From: Eledone cirrhosa
Lineage: Eukaryota
Length of the DNA: 64,000 nucleotides
NCBI GenBank assembly: GCA_964016885.1
Contig: OZ024740.1
Coordinates: 183,458,001-183,522,000 of the forward strand
Direction of reading: 5' to 3'
This document shows positions 24,450 to 37,984 of the stretch, piece after piece; the stretch's first letter is position 1, and each line of letters begins with the position of its first letter. The notes under the pieces were generated by a model, which worked only from the letters and a program-made list of their open reading frames with translations, searched no databases and was not told where the DNA came from. Both the position numbers and the translations under genes were made by a program.

Positions 24450-25500
24450 AGGCCCTTAGACTTTTAACTCCTCCTTCTCTCATGGCCCCTCTTGCCTTCT
24501 CTTCACCCTGGACATCACCTGTCTCTATACTGTCATCCCTCATGATGATGGCTTCCGTGCTGTCGGACACTCTTTAGATTTTCACCCTACCCCTTACCCC
24601 AGCTGTACAACTCTTCTCCGTCTGGCTGAGATTGTTTTGACCCTCAATGGATTTTCCTTTTCCGGTGAGTTCTATCAGCAGGTCTCTGGGGTAGCGATGG
24701 GAAACAGAATGGGCCCAAACTATGAAAACTTGTTTGTTGGATATGTTGAAGCCCAGATCTCCCAGTATGCTGCACCTACTCCTGAGCTATACGGTCATTA
24801 TATCAACGAATGTATAGGTGCCACCTCTCTATCATGTGAACAGCTCGACTTCTTTCTATCTTTTGTTCAATCTTTTCATCCTGCTCTCACCTTCAGCAAC
24901 TCTGTCTCCGATTCTTCGGTCACTTTTCTTGATATCTCTCTCTCTATTGATCACCCTCAACACACCCTCTCTACTTCCATCTTCTGAAAATCTACTGACT
25001 CACGCTCTTACTTCGACTTCACCTCCTCCCATACAAGCCTTACCAAACTCTCCATACCCTACTCTCAATTCCTCTGTCTTCATTGGCTCTGTAGCCAGCA
25101 CCATGATTTTGAAACCCACTCCCTTCACATGGCTTCCTCCTTCATCCATTGTAGATATCCCCACCCCCAATCCAAGCTGCTCTCACCCACCTCTGTAAAA
25201 CCGACCATACCGTAGCACTCTCACCACACCAGCACTCTCCCAACACTCGCAATCCTTTCCCTTTCATCTACCAACCTATCACCCTACCTCTCTGGCAACA
25301 TATTCTCTGTTCCTTATTTGGTTCTAAAATCATTTGTCTCTAATATCATTTGTTATTCCGATTACGCCCTGCCCTTCAATATTTCTAATTTCTCATTCTT
25401 TCTTCTGATGAAAGACTAGCATCCGAAACGTTAAGACCCTTTTCCTGTTATTTCAAGCGGTAACCTAATATATTCCTTCCATATTCTGTACCGATTGTGT
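24450..25500 (+). mobile_element. Penelope-like element fragment (Neptune/Poseidon-like RT) ending in a pLTR remnant
   Basis: DITCLYTVIPHDDG, LNGFSFSGEFYQQVSGVAMGNRMGPNYENLFVG, YINE (decayed YIDD), VTFLDISL. Internally deleted; follows a (TA)n tract. Confidence 0.85.
25401..25436 (+). ncRNA. Minimal hammerhead ribozyme of the PLE fragment
   Basis: tctt-CTGATGA-aagactagcatcc-GAAA-cg-TT-aaga. Palindromic AACGTT stem III; stem II weak. Confidence 0.68.
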
Positions 25501-26689
25501 TGTTATTTTGTTTACCTTTTACATATAAGAAAGTTATATACTATATATTTGTATATAGTTTCAAAACAAATTTACTTGTCATTATTCTTGCTATGAATGT
25601 ACCTTCTAATTTGAATGGAGAGGGATGGGGGGGGGGGGGGGGGTTGAACACTGGTGTGGATAACCAAACATTTGGGTTCAACTTATCCTTTTCCATTTTT
25701 ATAGGGCTTTAAACCCCACTATCAGGCTAAAATTTATTTCTTTAGTAAAAAATATGACAAAAGCTTCTATATCTACCAAAATTTCAAACTTTGCTCACTG
25801 TTTCAAAACAAACTTTATATATAAATATAGCAAAATTAGCAACAGTTTTAAAGACTCTATCCAGTATCACAATGAATACAAAGGTAGTAAAAACACTATT
25901 TTGGATATTTTACATGACAGCCAAAAAAATGCTCACATGAAATTACATGGAGAGTAGAAATACGTATATAATCAAATGTAAGACAAAGTTGAAAAATGTG
26001 ATAAAGAGTGTCAATTAGTTCTATGGAGGCAAAAGCAAACGTAGAGTGACATGCAAAGAGGAAAACGTTGGTTGATAAAAACTATCATGATAAAATGAGA
26101 CAATAGTCATATGAAGAAAAAGGAGAATGGTCAAGTAAAATAGTGCAACTCAACAAAAGATGAGACATGCATTGCAAATAATAATCCAAACTTAGCAACT
26201 GGTATAGTCTCCATAGGTCTAACTAGCCCACTTCAACATATATTTTTCTATATGTCTTCACAAAATACACCAGGATAGTGTCTGCTGATCTTGTTAGATA
26301 CAGTGTTCACAAGAGGGCCTTCAGTAAAATTGGTAGGGTCCAAACATGTATATGTGTATTTCGGTGACCGATGACCATGGAGATTTGTACTTGTTGCCAA
26401 TTTTGCAACGTTTTGGGCCTAGGAACTCACATATCTGATGTGATGTAGATCCAGAATCAGGCCTGGTCATTATGATTACACCTTGAGCTGATCAATATCA
26501 AAACTATTGTCATATGCGAATAACGTTTATTTATGGTGCAAACTTGAATTCATTCTGCCTTACTTGTATTCATAAATGTATATATATTTTCATGTATACA
26601 CACACACATGCACATATATATATATGTGTGTATGTGCATGTGTCTGTGTGTATTCATACATCATCATCATTTTAAGTCCTGTCATGTTA

Positions 26690-27173
26690 CATGTACATAA
26701 TCTTTACTCTTCCCAACCTGATCACTAATTTTCTGCACCATCAAATGATGATCCTCTATTATCAGTGTCCCTACATTCTTGATAACAACTACACTGAAGC
26801 CACCTATGAAGCTTTGTCACTCTACAGCCATGTTATATTTTATTTGGCTAATGCTCATGGCATTGTCAGCAAAAGCCTCTTGAATTTCATGAATTGTTTC
26901 TGCTTGGGTATCTACAAGCTTTCGGCAAAACATAATGCAAATTCATTGGTCTACATGTTGCGTCAACGCAAGTGAAATGAATGTGTAATGAGTAGGTAGT
27001 AGAGCACCTCATACACTGGTGGCCTGAGAGTGACTGAAACATCTAGTGATCTTACCATAGGCAAGGCATGCACATCGATGTATACAGCTTCACTTTGCTC
27101 ACTTCTTCTTCCAAACATTGATACTTGCCAGATGAAAAAAAATTAAAGTTGGATAGTTTTTCAACAGACCTTG
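26690..27173 (-). mobile_element. Mariner transposon 5' fragment (TIR plus HTH N-terminus)
   Basis: Minus strand begins TA|CAAGGTCTGTTGAAAAACTATCC and encodes DQ*ICIMFCRKLVDTQAETIHEIQEAFADNAMSISQI...LIIEDHHLMVQKISDQVG. Confidence 0.78.
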
Positions 27174-28077
27174 TATATATGTATTTATTTCAATAAATGT
27201 GGTAAATTATTTCAAATAATACAGAACTCAGTATAAAAAAGATATATAATCTAGTAACTTTATTCAAATTGATAGATATTCCAGCCTTTGAATAAAATTA
27301 TTTATTTTAATATAAATAGTCTGTCTTTCTTTTCATGTGTCACTTCATGTAGACCATCTGTAAATATTATTATTACATTACACTACACACACACACACAT
27401 ACTCATATACACACAAAGATATATACATATATATATATAATATACAATAATATTTATGATATATTTTTAATATAGTATAGAATATATGATGTATTAAAAA
27501 TACGATGCAGAAAAATTGTAAAGTAAAAATGCAAAATACAAGCCAATATCAAATATATCAAAAGACCAGAAGACAGTAGTTTAATCAAAGCTAACACGAA
27601 CAAAATATTCAATATTAAACAGATTTTTCATTTATTTGTATTTTTCAATTCATATATTAAATTTTTTTCCTGCTTTTTCCCATATGTATTTCTAGTTTTT
27701 TTTTTTTGTTTTAATATTGGATTCAATATATTGTAATTGTACTTTTATGACCACAATGAAAATTATATAATAAATTGTTTGCTCTTAAGTAGCAAGCAAT
27801 GGCACATTTATGTTAGGAAGACCAGCGAGATGCCTTTCCACTGTATTATGCTTGTCAAGCAAAATGTTAACCTTTTCAACAGAAATACACTTGCAGTCTA
27901 TTCAATTATTTATTTATTTAATTTTTATAATTTTAAATTCCAAATGAGAAGAACTACAATTTCTCTTCACACTTTAATGCTACAGAAATGAAATAACAAA
28001 CTATTTATTTATTTAGTGCAAATATTGTATAACGAAATTGCACTCAAAATGAAATGAGAAACGAATATATACATACG

Positions 28078-28464
<387 letters not shown>

Positions 28465-31400
28465 GGCATATCTTACAGTTCAACAAACTCTTACGTTGCT
28501 TAATGCTTGAAATACATGATTCTGTTTTTTTATTTCTTTATACCTTTTTGTTTTTATATTTCCCATTCATCAGAACATTTCAAGCCTTTTTCCATCAATG
28601 TTTTTTAAGTATTTTATTGCATGAAGTGTATCTAAAAACAAACAATCCTCCACCAAAAATAACTATAAATAAAAAAGAAATCAAAAAGGATTTAGGAATT
28701 GTCAAACAAATTGTTGTGCAAGTGTGTATCTGAAATTGATTTATTCAACAGTTACAGAGGTTGGTCAATATTTATTCATAACATAACATGGCATATAAAC
28801 GTTTAATGAATTTTTTTTTAATTCTCCTATCAATAAGTGTTGGACTTTTAGAAAACGTTTCACTTTTTCTTTGTTTCGTTGTTTTTGCTGTTGTTATTTT
28901 TGGTTATTTACAAACATATACTGACAAATGGCCTTTTTTTTAGGATTTTTGATAAAATTATGTGGAAAAACATAATGTTTTCCCTTTATTTACTGAAAGC
29001 AAGGAACAATTTAAAATTTACAATCATAAATGGTAGTATAGAAAATAAAAAAAGAATTCTAAAGTTTAATTTCAAAACTTGATATTGGATTTGGTATGAG
29101 ATGGCTCCTTTTTAGGAGATAAGATAAAACTACTGCTCACTTCTGTCGTGATTGGATGTACTTAACTTTACCTTTTGCTATTGTTACTCATAATTGCATG
29201 GGTACAAGCATGGATGTGTGGTTAACAAATTTGCTTTAGGTTTAATTTCAATGTGTTGTACATTAGGCACGTGTCTTCTGCTGTAGCATTGCCCTATGAA
29301 TAAATTTAATGGACAAACTGTGTAGAAACTCATTGTGTGTGTGAGTGTGTATGTGTTTATTTGTAAATGTCTTCATAACACTGTATAAGCAAGTGGTACT
29401 ATTTGATTTTGTCTTGCAAATATAATATATCCAACAGATTAGTAGGCCATAAATATCAGTGAAATCTTCACAGTTAAAAATTAAAAGAGTTTGCATCAGG
29501 AAGGGCATCTAGCCTTAGAAAGCTGCCTCAAACTCTTGTCCAATCCATGCCGACGTGGAAAGTGGATTTAAAAATGATGGTGATGATGATGATGATAATG
29601 ATTAAACTTTTGGTTGTTATTTGTTGTTATTTGATGTGCTGAACATTTTTATGTAGTTACTCATCATCTACCTCAAACAGTATTCACATGCTAATGAATG
29701 AGTCTATATGGTTGCTTGACCAGTTAGAAATAGTAGCCAAGTCATTTTCATATCATAGCTTACCATATGAAAAAAAGGGAGAAATTGGACATCATAGTCT
29801 TAGATATTGCAAGATAACAAAAGTCTTTTATCCTTTTGATATCAACCCAGCCCAAACCATCTTTGGTTTTAGAAAATAGATCCATTTATTTTAAAAGTTT
29901 TCAATTTTAAATTGAACACTTAAAACATAATGTTTACAAATATTATTATAATAATGAAATAATTAATAATTTTAATAAACCCTTTTTATATCATACCTCG
30001 TTTCTGCAAAGAAGGTTGTGAGATTGTGTAGCCTTAGTTATTTCTTTAAGAATTTATCTTTGCAGCCAAATGGTTCTCTGATTAACCCACAATGCCTTGA
30101 GCTTTAAACTTCTATTAAGAATATAATTTATAATCAGTTTAAAAAACAGAAATAGCAGTCAAGTTTTCTCAGATCATTCATACACTACTATTCAACAAAA
30201 GAAAAAAGCATGTTGGAAAATATAGTCCTAGATATACAAATAGACGGGATGATCATGAGTGGAAGGCATGTGATTCTAGAATTCCTCAATCTGGACTATC
30301 CTGTGACTAAACAACAATCTTCCCGATGAATAAGGAAATGGCATCATATCTTCTTATTCATTTTGTTTAATGAATTGATTAGAGCATTGGTCATGTGCTC
30401 TGGCTCTCACCATTCTGAGTTCAAAACATGTTGAGGTTCACTTTGTCTGTTATCTTTCCAGTGTCAATAAAAAAAGCACCAGCCTATTGTTGGTGCAGCT
30501 ATCTCTTCTTCCAACTATTATATCCTGGATGTTCTACTGGATTAGAGAAGAGATAGGAAGGGTTTGCTTATGTTCACAACCAGAGCCTCCAAAAGAAATT
30601 TTGCAAGGTGGTACAATACCCCTTTCTGGCCCAAAGCAGTCAAATCTCTTTCTCAAAATAGATGTTGCATGGTTGATGTGGTGCCATCATAGCACTTGGT
30701 CTATGGAACAAATACCAGCTAAACCCCACACCACCCCTCTCATAGGCTTTGCTTGCAACTGCATGGGTACCTAAAACAGTTAACAAAAATATGGCACAGG
30801 CTATGATATCATATTTGATTGCAAGTGGCAGCCATAGTTTTAATCTTAGATCATAGACTTATGCCTACAAATTTCAGCCAACAGGTTCTTTATTTATTTT
30901 TTTTTGACATCTTGTTTCTCAGAAGAAGAAAAAATCTGATAAAAAATGTCTAATGACACCACATATGTAATAAATCTTAAATGCTTTGATTTGATTTGTT
31001 TTCTTATTACATTTTGTTCCTTTTGTTTGTTTGTTTTGTCTTCCATTAAGTTTTTTGAAGGCTTAGAAAAAGGATTTATCACATTAGAATTTAGTTTTCT
31101 TTTTTTTGTTTTCCTCATATTTTTTTTATTTTACTGCAAACTTTTCTTATTTTATCCCTCTTAAATAAAAATGTAACTGTAGAATTGTTTTGTTTTCATT
31201 TGAATTATATGTTATTTAGTTTGTTTTATTTTTTAAACTTTCTCTTTTATTCACATAAAAAAAAATTAAAGATTTTTTCATTTGTAGATGGGTGGGAAAA
31301 ATATTTTTGTTGTTAGATATATTTCTAAATTTTCTCTAAGTTTGTTGTATTTCTTTTCATCTGAATTATATTATTTTATTTTCACAACATCATTTTCTTT

Positions 31401-31711
31401 TAACTTTTCTAATGTAAACATTTTTTATTGGTGGTATGAAATAAGTTCGATATATTTATCACCTTTTTATTTAATTTATTTTTTTACGTTTTATTTAATT
31501 TTGTATTTATATATTATTGTAGTTTTTTCCAAATAAAATATATTTATTTATTTATTATTTTTGTCAATCTTGTGCTAAAACTAACTACAAACAACACTTC
31601 TTGTGACAAATATTTCTTCCTGATACCTACCTTATCAACAAAATCTATTTTGACAGAGGCTTTACATGAGAAAAAGTATCACCTACATGCATAAGTAAAT
31701 AAATAAATAAA

Positions 31712-31744
<33 letters not shown>

Positions 31745-31862
31745 ATGAATATACATATGTATATATAAAGACACACACACATGTACACATGTATATATGT
31801 GTATGTGTATAGATACATATATATATATATATATGTGTGAATATACATACATACATACATAC

Positions 31863-31925
<63 letters not shown>

Positions 31926-33874
31926 TATATAAGTAAAAATTAGGCATCTGATAAAGGAAATTTCAGCATATCCAAATTTTGCACCTGTATTAAATTAAGC
32001 CATACATGAATTCTAGCAATAAAAGGATATGTGGGAAGAAAATTGATATCTTTAATCCAATTTTCCAGTTGTAAATTTCCAGGATTTTTGCTACAGGCTA
32101 ACATCCATATTCAATGAAATATATGTATTTTTATACACGACAGCTGCTCTTGCTTGATAGAAAATAAATTCAGAATTCTTTTAGCCTACACACATCATCA
32201 TCATCACTATTGTCATTTTAATGTCAGTTTTCTCTGCTAGCAAGTGTTGGACGGGTCCATAAAGATCAAGATCATACTGAAGTGGAGTGACTGATCTCGC
32301 AGGAAAGCCATGATCTTGTGCAATTATGTATGCTCTCATATTCCATCGAGTGTTCAGGAGAGGTTGTCAGGCCTTTGATACAACCGACAGTCCTCACAAC
32401 CCTTTGTTTGGTATGATTTCTACAGTTAGAAACCCTTCCTATCACCAACCACTTCACCATGTGTACTAGGTGTGTTTATCGTGTAAATCACCAACAATAC
32501 GGAGGTTGTCATTCCCTTGACATGAATGGAGGGTCTTCTCAGTTCTTTGCCTGGTAAGTTTTCTATGGCTGAATTCTCTTCCTATCACCAGCCACTTTAC
32601 AGCATGTAGTTGGTGTGTGTTTATCTTGTAAATCACCAAAACTAGGGAGGCTGTCATGCTCTTCACATGACAGAAAGGTCCTCCTCCTGACCATATACAT
32701 GAATGTGGGAGAGAGATAGATAAAGAAAGAGAATGAATATATTTTTTACTCTTAACTTTTCCAACCAACTAGTTGGGGCCATGCTGAGGCACCACCTTAT
32801 GTCATGATTGAAGAATCTTTTCAACCCTTTTTGGCATGGTTTCTATGAGTGGAAGTCATGCCCAAAACCAGCCTTTTTACAAAATGTACTGAGTGTGTTT
32901 TCTCATGGCACTAACATAAGGAAGGTTATCAATCATAGGTTTGACTGACATGTCCTCTTCCCCCTTGTTCTGAGTTTAAATCCTGACAAGGTCAACTTTA
33001 CCTTTCATCTTTCCAACGTTGATAGAATAATGTACCAGTCAAGTACTGGAGTCAATATAATTGACTTTTCCCTTTCTACACACTGCTGTAACTTGTGCCT
33101 CAATTAGAAACCATCATCACCACTATTTTCCATGCTACCATAGACTGAAGAACTTGTTGCATTGTTAAGACTAGCGAGGTCAGACGACCATGTCTTGCCC
33201 ACATCTTCCATTTAGCATGATCTTTTCAGCTGAATGCTCATGCTAGTGCTAACGGTTTTACAGCATGTACCGGGTGCATTCTATCATGGCACCAGCACTA
33301 CCACTTTACAGATGAGACAGGGTGTTTTTTTTTATTGTGGCACCAACACTACCATTTTACAATTCATGGGAACCAAGAAAGGCAGTGCAATGATAATAGA
33401 GGTGGGGATGATCAAATTTCATGTTGCTTACATTTCCATCACATTTATATAGAAACCAATTTTAGCAGCTAAAGTCTTAACTTATTTGGGCAGCTGCTGT
33501 GCTTGTAGAATTTCATTGCATATCTGTGTTATGTCATCAACAAACTCAAGATCAGTAATAGCAACTGCTAATACTTGGTATGACCTCTGCTTGTATATGG
33601 AAAATCAGAGGGTTTCCTCTTTCCCCTTTGTTGTCAGTTATTTGACACATCACAGAGCCTAAGATTATGCTGAAATGTGTCTCCTTACAATAGCCCTACC
33701 AATATATGGAAAACTTCAAATTTTTCCATTTGCAGAGAGTACTGAAGTTCTGATATTTTCATAAGTCTTTCCAATAGCAAATACCAGATTTTCTGATATT
33801 TCATATGGGCTCAGGATTTGGGGCATTTTACCTTGGTGAATATTATAAACATTTTTGTAGAAATTAAGAAAAAT

Positions 33875-34057
33875 AATTGTTTCTACTTTTGGCACAAGGC
33901 CAGCAAATACCAAGTACATTACTGGTACTTTATTGTATCGACCCCGTAAGGATGAAAGGCAAAGTTAACCTCGGCGGGATTTGAACTCAGACCGTAAAGG
34001 GATGTAATTATACTGGAAAGCATGGCATTCGACTCTCTACTGATACTGCCAATCCAC
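33875..34057 (-). mobile_element. tRNA-derived SINE with Meta-like central domain
   Basis: Shares ctgagttcaaat..cgccgaggtt(g/a)actttgcctttcatccttacggggtcgat..aataaagtaccagt with copies at 38262, 42115 and 49787. Confidence 0.78.
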
Positions 34058-35999
34058 ATAATGATATCAAGCAATGTTCTGTCTTTGTCATCTTCAATTA
34101 CTTATCACAAGATTAATTATTTATACTTTTGTTGACAGGTGTGGTCTAAAATCATTTTGGTTTGATCTCATATGGCAATCAAGTAAAGGTTGAATTTGGT
34201 TGTAAAATTGTCATTTGGTGAGCTAAAGAGCATATTGATATTCCTTTATTTTTACCCATATCACTTAGTTTGCCCGATGTCGGAATCAATATGGAGTTGC
34301 TCTCACTCCACTAGTCTCATTTCATAATCACATATAATGTGTAACTATCAGTGTATCTATTCTGGCACCAGGACCATCATATTTCTGTAATATTCTTTTC
34401 CTTTTTTTAATGCTTATATTAGTTTCTGTCATAAAACTAAAACCATAATATCTCTCATTTTAAATATTTTACTTGATTATATCTACCCCAGTACTTGTTT
34501 TAATCTGCTATTTATTTAATTGATCTCTATTTATCAAATGGCTAAGTTAGCCTGTGAGGAAAAGGAACAACTTATTTGGGAATACACTAGTATACATAAG
34601 CACTAAACAGAAATATGTACATATACATGTATGTAAATACATACACACTCACATATATATGTGTGTGTGTGTGTGTGTGTACGTGTGTAAGTGGGCTGCT
34701 GCACAGTTTTTGTCTATTAAATTTTACTTGCAAAAAATCATTTAATGCAAGGCTATAGAAGAAGGTATGTGCTCAAGGTAGATCAAACAAGGAATCACAT
34801 GGTTGCTGAGCAAATGTCTTAACTAAAAGCTGATGACTATGTCTATGAACAATTTTTTAATACTAAAAAATATTTACCACATAAGCAGTCAAAGAGTCTT
34901 AGTGTTTTCTTCAACCTTTGCATTGACCTTCGCCAATATTCAGACAAATCCCAAAGCCATCACAGACACTTATCATCTTCACTGAAGCTATACAGAATAT
35001 CTTTGTGATGCACAAATGCTTTTCTTCTTTTGAAAATGCACAAAGAAACAGTATGGTTCAGTCACACATTTCCTATTTAAAATTCAGAAAATAACAGTAA
35101 GTTTCTTTTAGTTTCAAGGAGATTTATTTCTGAATTCCTTGATTACCAAAGCATGAAGATAAACCTTATCTAAGACAATTTATCAATTAGGTTTCCTCCT
35201 TTGAAAATCAATGATTTATCTTCTTCCCATTTGTCTTTAAGTGATAGAAACAAATCTCAGCTAGTATATGGTCTCTAAATACAGAATCAGTTATAAACGA
35301 AAAGAAAATATATTCTCATATATGTTTGTTGCAGAAGAATCATAAATACTTTGGGAACGGAAATATTTTCTGTTATTGTATTTTTTTCTTTTTATGTTCA
35401 TTGTAATTTTATATTTTAATATATTTTATTATTATTTTTGTCCCAGTTAATGTCTGTTGTGTCTAACTGGTTGCTTGAAAATGGGAAACCGAAAATATAA
35501 AATATATATTAAGAACAAAAATAGTCAATTATTTGTTGGTAAGATATTGTAATTGAAAAAGATAGCATGGCAATAACTAATTTAAAACATAAGTTAATAA
35601 AGAAAAATGTTGTAGACAACATCACCAAAATACATATGCATGAAATATGCAAATACATACAAACATACATACTTACATACATGCATACATAGATGTCTAA
35701 ATTCCAATGAAAGAGTCTTGTATATATGTTAGAAACAGACTCTCTCTCTATTAGTAAAAATTTATGATAAATTCTCCATTGATTTTGACAATGAGTATTC
35801 AGTTCAATCAATTGAAATGTCGATTCTAGATTTATGTGCAAGTGGTTGAGTATTCCACAGAGACATGAACCCTTAATGGCTTTATGTAATCCTTAGGCTG
35901 AAGCATCCTGATGCAGACACAATCCATCCAATGGGCTTCCACATAGTTTCTGTTTATTCCAGTTTTACTCTCAATTTTACTTGTCAATTAGACAAAATT

Positions 36000-36362
36000 A
36001 TTGTTAGGTCCCAAGATCCACACTATGATACAGATGCATCATCAAAGCTCACTACCATGCTCATATACAGGCCATTTACAAAAGCAATTGTTCACTTCAA
36101 TCCACCAGGCCAATAGTCATGACAATATTTTTTCAACCTACCTAATTATGAACAGCATACACATGCTAAGCCTCACCATCAATAAGGATCATTCCTGGTG
36201 AACATACATCTCCAGCATAGCCAAAATTGTATCACATGGACAGACCTTTCACTTTAGAACAAGAAAGTATTTCAGCAGTCACAAACTCTTTTATAAAACT
36301 CGGGTGATGCAGTATATACTGCTCCCATATCTAAAATAGTACTGCTGCTGAATCCCTAGATT
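36000..36362 (+). mobile_element. Very degenerate CR1-like LINE 3' fragment, apparently resuming at about 41335-41640
   Basis: LSLTINKDHSW*TYISSIAK...FRTRKYFS resembles the LG......L.W..HI..I.K thumb region. A QKAIN-like continuation follows the hAT element. Confidence 0.45.
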
Positions 36363-36819
36363 ATTTTAACCAAAGGTTCTCAACGGGGGCGATATGTGTT
36401 TTGGAGCAAGGGGGCGTTTGGAGCTGGAGAGTACTGGAAGGCTCTTTAATTTGGTAAGTTTTATAAGCCATATTTGTACGTTACTGAGACAGCCAGTGTG
36501 AATGTATTTGAATGAGCATGCAGACAGCATAACTATTGTCTGACCGCAGCTGTGAGCAGGTGTGCACGTGGATCTAGACATTAATCGGCAACATCCTAAA
36601 AATAGAAAAACCCAGTCAACTGTGTCAAGGACACTTTGAGCGTAGCCAGTTAGAATCTTGTCTCTCCTTCATCGATAACAATGTATTTCATATCTGAAAT
36701 TATTGACTCAATGCAATGTAAATCTATTTTATTCCCAATTGTATAAATAATATTACAAATAAAAAAGAAAAGGGAAAGGAAAACAAATGAAAAGAAGAAA
36801 AGAAAAACACAGAAGCGGG

Positions 36820-37092
36820 TAGCACACACATCTAGGACCCATACAACACATAAGAAGATAATACACACATCTAGGACCACATACAACACATAATCAGGTA
36901 ATACATACATCTAGGACCACATACAACACATAAGGAGGTAGCACACACACATCTAGGACCACATACAACATACAAGAAGGTAATACATACAACAAGACCA
37001 CATGCAACACGCAAGCAGGTAGCACACACATCTGGGACCACATACAACATACAGGCAGTTAATACATACATCTAGGACCACATACAACACAC
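36820..37092 (+). repeat. Minisatellite, about 38-40 bp unit, about 7 copies
   Basis: Repeated cacacatctaggaccacatacaacacataagaaggtaata-like units. Confidence 0.9.
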
Positions 37093-37094
37093 AT

Positions 37095-37483
37095 TGTATC
37101 ATGTGTTACAGACGGTGCAAGAGCAATGATTGGCCAACATAAGGGTTTCATCACTCTTCGGAAGAGATAAAATCTATCTGTATTTGCTGTTCATTGTGTC
37201 ATTCAACGACAACACTTTTTGGATGCAAGAGGAAATTCAGCATCGATTTCCTCTCTTACATGCAGAGGCTAAGAGATTTGCTCCACCTTTTCCAAGCTCA
37301 TACTTAGTCGAGAGGGGGTTTGGCGCTGTTTCCAGACTGCACAGTGAGGCTCACAACCGCTACAATGTAATTACACGTGGAGATTTCCAGCTACGTCTTA
37401 CAAAAATTCAGCCTAACATCAAAGAGTTAGCTAGACTCCATGAAGCTCAAGGGCCCATTGAAATGAGGTCAAAGTTAAAGTAA
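37095..37483 (+). pseudogene. hAT transposase remnant (catalytic TDGA and HC motifs fused by deletion to the C-terminal dimerisation domain)
   Basis: CVTDGARAMIGQHKGF..VHCVIQRQH followed by FWMQ...FPSSYLVERGFGAV...RGDFQLRLTKIQPNI. Confidence 0.8.
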
Positions 37484-37984
37484 ATCGATTTATCCAAAAA
37501 TTTGGATATGCTATTGTTACGAAGTAAACTAACAACTTTTTGTAGTTGCAGTCTGACTGGACTGGAAACCATCTACTACAATTCACTTACTCATTTGATG
37601 TATATATTTTACCATTTACTATAAATATACCCACTTGTGTGGTCATGAAAACCCTCTTCTGTTGTCTCTAAGCTCACAAAGCGGAGGGGATATGAAGTTA
37701 GATATCAACATTTATTCTGTCCGTTTCATTAAAGGGAATTCTTGGTGGCACCAATTCCTTGTGTGTCTCTTGAAGGCATACTATATCAGCGTCTAGGTTG
37801 GAGAATAATTCCATTTTTTTTGTTGTCAGTCCTTCAACGTTAAAGCTGATGACTCTGAACTTTTGCATCTTCGCGTCTAGGGGCCGAGGGTTTATCCTTT
37901 TACCACCCCTAGGTGTTGGGTACGGCGCTGCACATGTTGTAATGTTTGGTCTCCTTTTGGATTAACAAGGGCACAACGGGAAGT

